Assembly (NCBI GenBank): GCA_963774265.1
Contig: CAVZDU010000005.1
Location: forward strand, 128,001-192,000
Reading direction: 5' to 3'
DNA length: 64,000 bases
Origin: an uncultured Chloroflexia bacterium
Lineage (GTDB): Bacteria > Chloroflexota > Anaerolineae > CG2-30-64-16
The notes beneath the pieces are model-generated. The model did no database searches. It was not told where the DNA came from and saw only the letters and a program-made list of their open reading frames with translations. Shown one piece after another: positions 1 to 9,758 of the stretch. The stretch's first letter is position 1; each line of letters opens with the position of its first letter. The translations under genes and the position numbers were made by a program.

Positions 1-1551
1 CGGGCAGAAGGTGTTGACATAGCGTGTGCGCCATTGGCGCTCGCCGGCAGACTCTTTTACCGGCACGGTATTGCCGCGCCGGTTGCCGGCCAGTAGCAGC
101 GCGCGCTTGTCAGGATCACTTGACTTTGCGTCGCTCATGTTCTCGGCGTCGTCGAAGGCCAGCATGGCGCCATAGTCGGCCAAATCGCGCAGACTTGCAA
201 AGCTGCCGCCCGCCAAGATCACTTGGCCCAAGTAGCCAAGTTCAGCATCGACGGTCAGTAACTGCGTCTTGCCGCTGCCGCGGTCGCCGTTCGGCCATAG
301 GAAGCCGACCACGTTGAAGGCGTCCAGAAAGTAGGAAGCCAGCACGTAGCAGGCGTTTAGCTCAGCCATTGTGCGCTGGTCAGCCAATGACTTGTTGAAG
401 TCAATGAAGCGGTCGACAGTGTCAGTCACGCGGGCGAAGACGCCGGCCGGGTCGGGTCGCTGACCGGCTTTATATGCCTTGACAGCGCGGGCGCTCCATA
501 GCTTCTCAGCGGGCGGGATTTCAGGCAGATGCACTTCGATAGCCAGCTCCTCGAAGCTGGCGTCGCCGCCGTCGCCAAAGATGCGGCCATCGTCACGGAT
601 CACGAAGACCTGTCGCGTTGTCGTGATAATAGGCGGGTTATGCCGCACGATCTCGCCGGTCTTCGATATGCTCTCGGTCTGCGTGACCTTGACGTATAGC
701 CAGGTCGCCGCGTAGGCGCGGCCGTCGATCAAGGCCAGCGGGCGGCCTATCATGCGCGGCTCGGCCTCCAGTAATTCGATCTGTGCCGGCGACGGCGTCG
801 GCAGCGGTCGCGGTGCTTCGACCAGGGCTTCCAGCTCGGCGCGGGTATGACCGGCTGCGAAGAAGTCGTCAATACCTTGTTTCTTGCCGCCCTCGCCGGG
901 CGGCAGATAGACAACGGTTACGCGCGCGCCGCGGCGCTGTAGGAAGGGCGTCAGGCGCTTCAGGGCTTGTTGCACTTCAAACTTGCGCGTTACGTCACTG
1001 TCGAAGACGATGCGCACAGCGCGGCCCTTCAGGGCGACGTCTTCCCAGTCGGCTAGGGCAGTTGTGCCGCCCACGTCATTGCTGCCGCGCCAGTTCCAGA
1101 CGCCAAGTAGGGCGATAGCGCAATAGCCTTGCGAAGCCAGCGCGTCGGCCTTCTTCTGGCCCTCTGTCAGCCATAGGTCGACGGTCGGGTCGCCAAGTTG
1201 CGGGCGACAGGTAGGCGGGCAGTCCAGGCGCATCGAAGCCTTCTTCGGTTGCTCATACTTCAGGACGTCCTGCGGGTAGGTGCCGTCTGGAAGCTTCGGC
1301 TTGTCCTTCTTGTCGAAGACGCGCGGCGCATCGGGTCGAATCACATACAGGCCATTACTGGCATCGGGCGGGCAGACGGGCAAGACCAGCGCCGGCACGC
1401 GGCGCTGCGCAGGTGCAAAGCCCAGGTCGGCCAGTTCTTCGCGGGCCGTCGCGGTGAAGTAGCCGCGCGCTTGGATCACGGCGTCGCTGATAGCCGATTC
1501 CTCGCGCAATATGGCGCGATGCTCAGGCGACAGGTAGCTTCTGTCTGGCAT
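1..1551 (-). CDS. DUF3854-type TOPRIM primase fused to a P-loop NTPase/helicase (3' end outside the window)
   Basis: Hand translation, open from ATG 1551 to base 1: MPDRSYLSPEHRAILREESAISD..., WLTEGQKKADAL and IVFDSD (TOPRIM), KQGIDDF, Walker A NGDRGSGKT, Walker B LAFDDAE; absent from the ORF track because there is no stop in the window. Confidence 0.85.
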   Translation of the reverse strand, partial: MPDRSYLSPEHRAILREESAISDAVIQARGYFTATAREELADLGFAPAQRRVPALVLPVCPPDASNGLYVIRPDAPRVFDKKDKPKLPDGTYPQDVLKYEQPKKASMRLDCPPTCRPQLGDPTVDLWLTEGQKKADALASQGYCAIALLGVWNWRGSNDVGGTTALADWEDVALKGRAVRIVFDSDVTRKFEVQQALKRLTPFLQRRGARVTVVYLPPGEGGKKQGIDDFFAAGHTRAELEALVEAPRPLPTPSPAQIELLEAEPRMIGRPLALIDGRAYAATWLYVKVTQTESISKTGEIVRHNPPIITTTRQVFVIRDDGRIFGDGGDASFEELAIEVHLPEIPPAEKLWSARAVKAYKAGQRPDPAGVFARVTDTVDRFIDFNKSLADQRTMAELNACYVLASYFLDAFNVVGFLWPNGDRGSGKTQLLTVDAELGYLGQVILAGGSFASLRDLADYGAMLAFDDAENMSDAKSSDPDKRALLLAGNRRGNTVPVKESAGERQWRTRYVNTFCP

Positions 1552-1711
1552 TGGTTGTCTCGATTTCGGTCTGTTGGGTAGTCTGGTCGGCAGCCTGCGC
1601 GCGTTGCCGCGCGGCCAGGTCCAGCAATAGGGCATAAACCGCGCCCAGGCGCCGCTTGCGCTCTTCGTCGGTCATGGGTGCGGCGGTCGGTCGGTCAGCT
1701 TTGGCGGTCAT
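1523..1711 (-). CDS. Small hypothetical protein of the mobile element
   Basis: MTAKADRPT...EERKRRLGAVYALLLDLAAR; overlaps both neighbours in a coupled arrangement, GGAG upstream. Confidence 0.5.
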   Translation of the reverse strand: MTAKADRPTAAPMTDEERKRRLGAVYALLLDLAARQRAQAADQTTQQTEIETTNARQKLPVA

Positions 1712-1889
1712 GCTGCGCTCCTTGCGGCTCGGCAGCCGGCGCCGGCTCGGTGGATAGCTCGCGCTTGACAGCGTCGCGCACAAGCTGCGCCAGAACGGCT
1801 TCTTCAGGTTCGCGGCGCTTCTCGGCAAGCTCGGCCAGCGCCAGGCGCTCCATTAGCGGTAGTCTTATCCTTTGCCAGCCTACGGTCAT
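1695..1889 (-). CDS. Small putative DNA-binding protein (ribbon-helix-helix-like)
   Basis: MTVGWQRIRLPLMERLALAELAEKRREPEEAVLAQLVRDAVKREL: short strand followed by two helices; GGAG SD upstream. Confidence 0.5.
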   Translation of the reverse strand: MTVGWQRIRLPLMERLALAELAEKRREPEEAVLAQLVRDAVKRELSTEPAPAAEPQGAQHDRQS

Positions 1890-1897
1890 ATGCATCT

Positions 1898-1939
1898 CCA
1901 AAAACAAGAATGGGCGTGACTTTCGATCACGCCCATTCT
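1898..1939 (-). terminator. Intrinsic terminator-like hairpin inside the element
   Basis: 13-bp stem AGAATGGGCGTGA (1907-1919)/TCACGCCCATTCT (1927-1939) followed on the minus strand by TGTTTTT. Confidence 0.6.
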
Positions 1940-1968
1940 CATATGGTTTGCCGTTCGCTTAGGTCTAT

Positions 1969-2671
1969 TTAGACATTTCGCACTTTTCGCACAAGCCTAG
2001 TTTCGATCTCTCGCTTGATCTCGGCTTCGATCTCAGGCCAAGTCTCACGGTAGCGCTCCAGGGTCGACCGCGCCTTGCCGACCAATTGCGCAGCTTCGTC
2101 TCGGCTATTGCCGTTCTCCAGGTAATAGCGAAGATACTTTCTCAGTTCGCCCTCCATGACCTCGCGGCGTGGGTCGCCAGGCTCCAGGTCTGCCAGTCGT
2201 GGCGCGCCGTACGTCGCGCGCTCGCGGCGGCTCGGCCTGCGTCTGGTCGATCACCAGCCCGCGCTGCGTTAGTTCGGCCTGGACCTTCTCCCATAGTGGC
2301 GCCATACTCGAAAAGTCTTCGACCAGTTCGCTTTGCGCGGGCTTGTCGCGATCAGTCTTGGTATACTGGACGATGCGCGCACTCGCAGTTAACAGGGTGT
2401 AGTCGGTTAGCTTCTCGGCTTGAAACATGCCGCCCCTGAATCCCTGCCTATCGGGCGAATATCGGCCTATGACTTCGATCACGATAACGGGCGTCTCTTC
2501 TGGTAGGTCCAGTGTCGACCAGTTGCGCACCTTCCTGGTAACATCGGCCATACTGGTAGGCCGGTCTTCGTGGGGATACACCACAGGACGAAGGTCAGGG
2601 TCTTCGGCCAGGACGGCCAGCACGCGCCGGGCGATCTGCGCCGGTGTGCCCTTGCATTTGATCTCTTCCAT
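1969..2671 (-). CDS. Hypothetical protein with C-terminal HTH-like motif (probably one gene with an indel near 2165)
   Basis: ORF from MEEIKCK (2671, GAGGTG SD) joins ORF 1969..2157 (SRDEAAQLVGKARSTLERY) with a one-base shift. Confidence 0.55.
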
Positions 2672-2711
2672 CGTCTCACCTCTGCGTTTGCGTTTGCGTT
2701 TTTGGCCGGCT

Positions 2712-3689
2712 TCAGTCTCGGCGTGTGATGTACGGAATGTGCAAGCTCTTGCTCGCCTTGCGCTTGACTTCGTCGCCGCGCCGGTCATAGTTGGCGGTCG
2801 TCGTCGGGCTGCTGTGGCCCATTAGCTTTTGCACCGTAACTAGGTCGTTACCATTATCTAGCAGGTTGCCCGCGAAGGTGCGTCGGAAGTCATGCCAGCT
2901 GAGCGGTGCGACGCCGGCCTGCTCGCGGCGCTTCTGTAGCATTTGCGCCAGCGCTTCGTCGCTCGGACCGTGCCCGGCGTCGATCGCGCCGCCCTTATTG
3001 ATCGCATAGAATAGCGGCCCTGCGGCGTCGCCGCGCAGGGCCAGCCAGTCGGCCAGATAGCTTGCGGCGCCATTGAAGACATAGACGACGCGCGGCTTCT
3101 GGCCCTTGCCGAAGATGTGCAGATCGCCTTCGTTGGCGCCCGTATTGATGTAGTCAGCTCGCTTCAGGCCGGCCAATTCGGACCGGCGCGCGCCGGTCGA
3201 CCAGCCCAGGGCGATGATTGCCGCGTCGCGGGCGCCTGCGGGCGACGGATCGTTGACGCAGGCTTCCAGCAGCGCCTTGACTTCGCCGGTCGTGATATGC
3301 CGGCCCTTCTGTGTGCGCTCGCCGCGCACGTCGCGCACGCCAGCGACGCGCTCGGCTTGGGCGACGATCTCGGCACGCTCAGCGCGTTCTTTGTCGTCGC
3401 GGGCGGGTCGATCTTGCGCCTTGTCGGACAGCCGGCGCGCATACCAGCGGATCGCGGCCAGCGTGCGGTTGATCGTTCTTGGCGCCTTGCCGGCCTGCTG
3501 AAGCTCGGCCGCGTAGGATTCGACCAGCAGCTTTGACAATGGCCGGCTGCCGCGCCAGGTCTCGAAGGTGTGCAGATCGCGCAGATAGCCGCGCTTCGTG
3601 TTCAGCGACCGCAGGCGCGGGTCGCTCTCTAGCTCGGCAGCGATGCGCTGAAGGGCGTCATTCTCGATAACGGTCAGGCTTGCGGTCAT
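2712..3689 (-). CDS. Tyrosine recombinase/integrase (Xer/Cre-like size, no obvious arm-binding domain)
   Basis: TGARRSEL (catalytic R), GKGQK (K), HDFRRTF (HxxR), MGHSSPTTTANY (H, Y); AAGGAG SD. Confidence 0.95.
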   Translation of the reverse strand: MTASLTVIENDALQRIAAELESDPRLRSLNTKRGYLRDLHTFETWRGSRPLSKLLVESYAAELQQAGKAPRTINRTLAAIRWYARRLSDKAQDRPARDDKERAERAEIVAQAERVAGVRDVRGERTQKGRHITTGEVKALLEACVNDPSPAGARDAAIIALGWSTGARRSELAGLKRADYINTGANEGDLHIFGKGQKPRVVYVFNGAASYLADWLALRGDAAGPLFYAINKGGAIDAGHGPSDEALAQMLQKRREQAGVAPLSWHDFRRTFAGNLLDNGNDLVTVQKLMGHSSPTTTANYDRRGDEVKRKASKSLHIPYITRRD

Positions 3690-3746
3690 GGTGTTTACTC
3701 CTTGGCGCTTGCGCTTGTCTTCTTACAAGTTAGATTATCACTAGCG

Positions 3747-3774
3747 ATTATAACACAGAACAGGCGCCTGTCAA
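3747..3774 (-). promoter_or_regulatory. Consensus sigma70 promoter for the integrase
   Basis: Minus strand TTGACA-16 nt-TATAAT with an extended -10 TG. Confidence 0.75.
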
Positions 3775-3942
3775 GTCGACCAGGCGCCCGTAAAAGCTCC
3801 GACTTTGCCCTTATCGGCCTTTAGTCTTACAATTCGCAAGCTCAAAACGCGCCGCGATGGCGTAAGGCATTGTATCTATTGTCAATGGGAAGCTGTGACG
3901 GAGGGCGCGTTTTGCGTTAAGAGGGGCTTTCCCAATCGCAAA

Positions 3943-3972
3943 GCCACAAACAAGCACAAAGATCACAAAGGA
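3943..3972 (+). repeat. Short tandem 9-mer repeat (xxxCACAAA x3)
   Basis: GCCACAAAC AAGCACAAA GATCACAAA G; a related repeat lies on the minus strand at 20241-20269. Confidence 0.45.
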
Positions 3973-4016
3973 CGTCGAACTGTTCATGCGAGGCGTAGTA
4001 TGTCGGAGGTGTCAGT

Positions 4017-5069
4017 ATGCACGATAACCTGAGCAAGCTGCAGGCTGAGGCGCTGGAGGCGCTGGCCGCGGCGACGGAGGCGGACGCGCTCGAAGCGTGG
4101 CGCGTGCGCTATCTGAGCCGAAAGGGCGGCGCGTTGTCTGCGGCCATGGATGTGATCGGCAAGTTGCCGCGCGAGGAACGACCCGCATACGGCCAGGCGG
4201 CCAACGAGGTGAAGGCCAGCCTGGAAGAGGCGTTCGGCGCACGGCAGGAAGCGCTGAAGCAGGAGGCTCTGGCCGCGGAGCTCGCCGGTGGGATCGTGGA
4301 TGTCACGCTGCCCGGCCGGCCGCCCAGCATCGGCCACCTGCACATCACGACGCAGAACCTGCGCGAATATCGAGCCGTCTTTGCGGAGATGGGCTTCGAG
4401 GTCTACGACGCGCCGGATGTCGAAACGGACGAGAACAACTTCGGCCTGCTGAACATTCCGCCTTACCACCCGGCTCGCGATATGTGGGACACCTTCTGGG
4501 TCAGCCAGGACGTGCGGCCCGATCCGGGACAGCGCACCTTGGTGATGCGCACACACACCAGCCCGGGCCAGATTCGCGCGATGCGGGAGCGCTGCCCCGA
4601 GCCGATCCGCGTCATTCTGCCGGGCAAGTGCTACCGCTACGAGCAGATTACGGCGCGTTCGGAGCACCAGTTCTACCAGATCGAAGGGTTGGCGGTGGGC
4701 AAGAACATCCGCCTGACCGATCTGATCGGCACCCTCAAGCAGTTCGCTGTGAAGATGTACGGCGCAGGCGAGCTGCGGGTGCGCGGCAGCTACTTCCCCT
4801 TCACTGAGCCGAGCATCGAGGCCGACATGAATTGCGTTCTGTGCGACGGGAAGGGGTGCGGCGTATGCAAGTATACCGGCTGGCTGGAGATCGCCGGCGC
4901 GGGTATGGTGCACCCGGTCGTGCTGCGGAACGGCGGCTACGACCCCGACGTGTTCACCGGCTTCGCGTTCGGCATGGGTGTCGAGCGGCCGGCCATGCTG
5001 CGGCATGCAATCAGCGACATCCGGTATTTTTACTCGAACGACCTGCGTTTTCTCGGGCAGTTCGGTTGA
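4017..5069 (+). CDS. pheS: Phenylalanine--tRNA ligase alpha subunit
   Basis: HPARDMWDTF, RTHTSPGQIR, YFPFTEPS, GFAFGMGVER. Confidence 0.98.
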   Translation: MHDNLSKLQAEALEALAAATEADALEAWRVRYLSRKGGALSAAMDVIGKLPREERPAYGQAANEVKASLEEAFGARQEALKQEALAAELAGGIVDVTLPGRPPSIGHLHITTQNLREYRAVFAEMGFEVYDAPDVETDENNFGLLNIPPYHPARDMWDTFWVSQDVRPDPGQRTLVMRTHTSPGQIRAMRERCPEPIRVILPGKCYRYEQITARSEHQFYQIEGLAVGKNIRLTDLIGTLKQFAVKMYGAGELRVRGSYFPFTEPSIEADMNCVLCDGKGCGVCKYTGWLEIAGAGMVHPVVLRNGGYDPDVFTGFAFGMGVERPAMLRHAISDIRYFYSNDLRFLGQFG

Positions 5070-5104
5070 TCTGCGGGTTGCAGGCTGAAAGTTGAAGGTT
5101 GACC

Positions 5105-7597
5105 ATGAAACTACCACTGAGTTGGCTGAAAGATTACGTCGATATCACCATGACGCCCGAGGCATTGGCGGAAAGGCTCACGTTGGCCGGGCTGGAGGTC
5201 GAATCGATTACGAAGATCGGTGAGTTCTGGGACCGCGATAAGATTTTCGTGGGTCAGATTCTTGAGGTGGTGCGCCACCCGGACGCGGAGCGGCTAACCC
5301 TCGTACGCGTCGACTACGGCGCGGCGCAGCCCATGACCGTCGTTACCGGCGCGCCCAACATGATGCCCTACATCGGACAGGACCTGTCCGGCGGCAAGGG
5401 GCCCAAGGTCGCGTACGCGATGTCGGGCGCGCGGTTGGTCGACGGCCACAGCGAAGAGCGCAAGATCGTGCGGTTGAAGCCGAGCAAGATTCGCGGGGTT
5501 GTCTCCGAGGGCATGGTCTGCTCGGAGAAGGAGCTGGACCTCAGCGACAGCCACGAGGGCAACCTGGTGCTGCCCGACGATGCGCCGGTGGGAATGCCGT
5601 TGTTCGATTACATGGGCGATGTCGTGCTCGACTATGACGTCAAGGGCGCGATCGCGCACTTGCAGTGCATCTATCGGCATCGGCGCGGGAGGTGTCCGCC
5701 ATGACGGGGCAGCCGCTGCGCCGGGACGTGATGACGATCCTGGAACGGGAACCGGTGGCGATCACGCCGCGATGCGGATTTCACCGGCATCGAGATCGAA
5801 GCCCCGGACTTGTGCCTGCGCTACTCGGCCGCGTTGATCGAGGGCGTGAAGGTCGGGCCTTCGCCCATGTGGATGCAACAGCGCCTGCTGCGCGCGGGGA
5901 TGCGCCCCATCGATAACGTCGTTGACGTGACGAACTACGTGATGCTCGAGCTGGGGCAGCCGTTGCACGCGTTCGACTACGACTTGTTACGCCAGCGCGC
6001 AGGGGGTGGCCGGCCCACGATCATCATGCGCCGCGCCCATCCCGGCGAGCGTCTGAAAACGCTCGACGGCCAGGACCGGCAGCTCGACCCCGAAATGCTG
6101 ATGATCACCGACACCGCGGGCTCCATCGCGGTGGCCGGGGTGATGGGCGGCGCGGATACCGAGGTCAGCGCTGGCACGAGCACTATTCTGCTCGAGTCGG
6201 CCAACTTCAACTTCCTGAGCATTCGACGGACCGGCCAGATGTTGGGGCTGCGCAGCGAGGCAGGTAGTCGCTTCGGCAAGCGGGTGGACCCGGAACTGAC
6301 GGTCAAGGCGCTGGCGCGTGCGTGCCAGTTGCTGGAGCAGCTGGCCGGCGGTAAGGCGCGGCCCCTCTACGGCGACAACTACCCAGGCAAGACCGGCGCG
6401 AATCAGATCGAGCTCGACCCAAGCTATGCCAACCGGCTGCTCGGCGTGGATCTGCCCGCGGCTGAGATGGCCCGCATCCTGAGGGCGCTTGAATTCATCG
6501 TGGAAAGCTCGGGCCCGGTCCTCAGCGTTGGCGTACCCAGCCACCGGCAGGATGTGAATATCCCGGCTGACCTGGTGGAGGAGATCGGGCGCATCTACGG
6601 TTACGACCGGCTGCCGAGCACCCTTCTGGAAGACGAGTTGCCGCGGACCCCGCGCAACGTGGCTCTTGAGGCTGAGGAGAAGGTGCGCGACGTGCTGGTC
6701 GGGTGTGGGTTGGACGAGGTGATCACCTACTCGATGGTCGATGTGCGCGACGAGGCCAAGTGGCTGGGCGAGGCGACCACAGCCCTGCAGCCGCACGTAA
6801 CGGTGTTGAACCCGCTGTCGGCTGAGCGCGGCCATCTGCGCGTGACGCTGCTGCCGTCTTTGATCGAGACCGCGCAGGCAAATCTACGGTTCGGCGAACG
6901 GGTTGCGATCTTCGAGATCGGCCGCGTGTATCTGCCACGGCCCGATCAGACGCTACCTGCCGAGCCGCGGCGGCTGGCTGTCCTGCTCGTTGGCCCGCGA
7001 GAGGCCGGGACCTGGTTGGGACACGATGCGGAGCCAATGGGCTTTTTCGATCTCAAGGGTGTGGCCGAGACGTTGTTGCTCCGCCTCGGGCTGACGAATG
7101 TGGCCTGGGAGCGAGGCAGCCACCCGACGATGCACCCCGGGCGAACCGCACAGATTGTCGTCAACGGCATAGCCGTGGGCATGCTGGGCGAGTTGCATCC
7201 GCGGGTGCGAGTCGCGTTCGACCTACCAAACCTGCCCGTTGCAGCAATGGAACTGGATCTCGAAGCGTTGCTCTCCGGTTGGGGCGCAAAGCAAGAGATG
7301 TCTGACTTCTCGTCCCAACCGGCCGTGTTTGAGGACCTGGCGTTGATCGTGGACGAGAGCGTGCCTGCCGCCCAGGTGGCCAGCCTGATTCGCCAGACGG
7401 GCGGGAAGCTGCTGGTCGATCTACGATTGTTCGACGTGTATCGCGGCGGGCAGGTGGCGCAGGGAAAGAAGAGCCTTGCTTACTCGCTCACCTTCCAGGC
7501 GCTGGACCGGACGCTGACCGCAGAGGACACCGCAAAAGCGCGGCAGAAGATCGTGGCGCGGCTGGAGCGGGAGGCGGGCGCGACGCTGCGCGCATGA
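5105..7597 (+). CDS. pheT: Phenylalanine--tRNA ligase beta subunit (two apparent indels near 5670 and 5770)
   Basis: [62 protein letters not shown]...KSLAY; spread over three ORF pieces. Confidence 0.95.
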
Positions 7598-7850
7598 TAG
7601 CGATCGAGTGAACTCGAGATGAGAGCCTCCGCGAACAGGTCGTTCCGGAGGCTCTTGTGCAATTTGCCCCACTAGGACTACCTCGGCAACAATTCAGTTG
7701 ATCCAACGCTCCTGTTTGCATCTTATTAATCCCCTTGTTACAATGAGAACGAAGTAAATATCCCCATCTTGAAAAATCGAAATACCCCATCTCGATCCGA
7801 AAACCAGTCAGGCTTTGGACGCCTAAAACATTTATTCCAAGGGAGGCGGC

Positions 7851-9671
7851 ATGTTCAAGGGAATCATCATCCGTCTGCGTCTGGTGGCGTTCCTCATCGT
7901 GGTGCTGGCTATTGGGCCAGGCTCAGCGCCAATCGCCGTTGCCGCGCAAGCAAATGGCCAGACGGCGCCATCTGGTCCTTTGGCGTCGACGAAGGCCACA
8001 CCGCCAGTAGTGGCAGCAGGGGAATCATCCGACCCGTACTACAGCGTCCAAACCATCACGCTCAGTGACGGCACACAGGTGGATCGGACGACGATCAATG
8101 GCCCGGCCAAGCCGCCGCCAGGTTACGAACTCGAGCGCGCACCCGTGGCGGCGTCTGGGCTCAACAGGCCGGGGGTTGCCTCCAGCCTGACCGTTCCAGC
8201 ATACAACTGGGTCTTCGGATGTGGCGCCGTCTCAGGCGCGATGATCGGCGCGTACTTCGACCGAAACGGGCTTCCGGACATATACACCGGTCCTACGAAC
8301 GGCGGCATCATGCCGATGGATAACAGCATCTGGCCGAAATGGACGGACAGCGTTGGCGTCACCTATCCCGGAAACCCACTTGTGGCTTCACGCAACGGAT
8401 CGGATGGCAGGACAATTCGCGGCTCTATCGACGACTACTGGGTGGCTGATGGGAGCACTGCCCCAGATCCCTACCTTACGGGTGGGTGGGCGCAACACGC
8501 TTGGGGCGATGCATTTGGCGACTACATGAAGACCAGCCAATCCGCCTACGGCAATGCAGACGGCTCGTCAGTCCTTTACACCTGGACGTCATCCGCAGCG
8601 CCGCTGATGTGTGCGCAGATGGTGTCAGACGGTATTGCGGACGAAGATGCCACCTATGGACGCAAGCTGTTCTACGAGGCGCGCGGCTATTCAGTGACTG
8701 AATGCTACAACCAAAAAACCGATAACAATGGCGGTGGATTCTCCTTTGCAAACTACAAGGCGCAGATCGATGCAGGTTATCCCGTTTTTCTCATGCTTAC
8801 AGGGCACTTTGTGGTTGGCGTCGGCTATGCCGATCCGTCAACGGTCTACCTGAATGACACGTGGGATTATCTGACGCACTCGATGACCTGGGGCGGGTCC
8901 TATTCAGGCCGGCTGCTACTGGCCGTCGGCATCGTGAATCCGGCCGTGCCCACAATACCCACGCCGACAATCACCGGGCTCGTTCCCGCCTCCGCGACAC
9001 CGGGCGGTCCGGCCTTCACGCTGACCGTCAACGGCACGAACTTTGCCAACAATTCGGTGGTGCGTTGGAACGGTGCGGACCGCGTCACGACGTATGTGAG
9101 CAGCACACGGCTGACGGCGACAATCACTGCAGCAGATATTGCTACGACTTCAACGGCCAGCATCACTGTCTTCAACCCGGCGTCTGGCGGCCGCACATCG
9201 AATGCGGTGCTGTTCCCCGTGAGCACGCAGCGCAAGGTCTATCTGCCGCAGACCGTCAAAGGCCTGACAGGGCCTCAGCCCGGTTACTGGCGGGATGACC
9301 TGCGCCTGGAATTCTATGTGACCTCAGACCGGAAGTACGTGGACGATTTCGCAATCTACATTACCGGCGACTGTGGAGATTACAAGATCACACACGTCGT
9401 GCCAGAACCGATCTCCGGCAATGCGTTCACCTTCAGCGGGCCGTTCTATGGGTCCGGCACGTTTTCGTCGACGACTGCTGCCAACGTGACCGCGGGGCTC
9501 AGCAATTTCTACATCGATGGATGTGGTTTTATCAGCGGCGGGCCCTGGTCTTCGACTGCGACCTGGCGATATGCTGCAGCGGCGATGGGTGCACCAGGCA
9601 GCGGCGCCGGCATCAATGCCGCGGAACCGGCGACCGGCATGCCTGGCCTGGAGGTGATACGTGTAAAGTAA
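7851..9671 (+). CDS. Secreted protein with papain-like (C10/C39-like) cysteine peptidase domain, IPT/TIG domain and C-terminal beta-rich domain
   Basis: Signal peptide; [12 protein letters not shown] (Cys), [10 protein letters not shown] (His), YLNDTWD; [10 protein letters not shown]...LTVNGTNF...[10 protein letters not shown] (IPT/TIG). Confidence 0.7.
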   Translation: MFKGIIIRLRLVAFLIVVLAIGPGSAPIAVAAQANGQTAPSGPLASTKATPPVVAAGESSDPYYSVQTITLSDGTQVDRTTINGPAKPPPGYELERAPVAASGLNRPGVASSLTVPAYNWVFGCGAVSGAMIGAYFDRNGLPDIYTGPTNGGIMPMDNSIWPKWTDSVGVTYPGNPLVASRNGSDGRTIRGSIDDYWVADGSTAPDPYLTGGWAQHAWGDAFGDYMKTSQSAYGNADGSSVLYTWTSSAAPLMCAQMVSDGIADEDATYGRKLFYEARGYSVTECYNQKTDNNGGGFSFANYKAQIDAGYPVFLMLTGHFVVGVGYADPSTVYLNDTWDYLTHSMTWGGSYSGRLLLAVGIVNPAVPTIPTPTITGLVPASATPGGPAFTLTVNGTNFANNSVVRWNGADRVTTYVSSTRLTATITAADIATTSTASITVFNPASGGRTSNAVLFPVSTQRKVYLPQTVKGLTGPQPGYWRDDLRLEFYVTSDRKYVDDFAIYITGDCGDYKITHVVPEPISGNAFTFSGPFYGSGTFSSTTAANVTAGLSNFYIDGCGFISGGPWSSTATWRYAAAAMGAPGSGAGINAAEPATGMPGLEVIRVK

Positions 9672-9758
9672 ACTGACCTGCCAATCGTGAACGGGGCCAG
9701 CATCTATAAGCCCAAACATCCGTTTGTTTGATTTAGATATGCCCCACACAGGTAACGA

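Larger units (their letters stand above)
1..3800 (-). mobile_element. Integrated phage-satellite/integrative element; right end approximate, continues beyond the left edge
   Basis: Co-oriented tyrosine recombinase, small helical/HTH-like ORFs and a TOPRIM primase-NTPase next to housekeeping pheS; no att site identified. Confidence 0.75.

Noticed and set aside
3860-3890. dif-like site GCGTAAGGCAT-TGTATC-TATTGTCAATG as the element's att site
   Set aside because: The resemblance to known dif arms is weak and there is no second copy in the window to confirm it.
3800-4016. T-box riboswitch or tRNA upstream of pheS
   Set aside because: No GGTGGNACCGCG T-box motif and no cloverleaf found.
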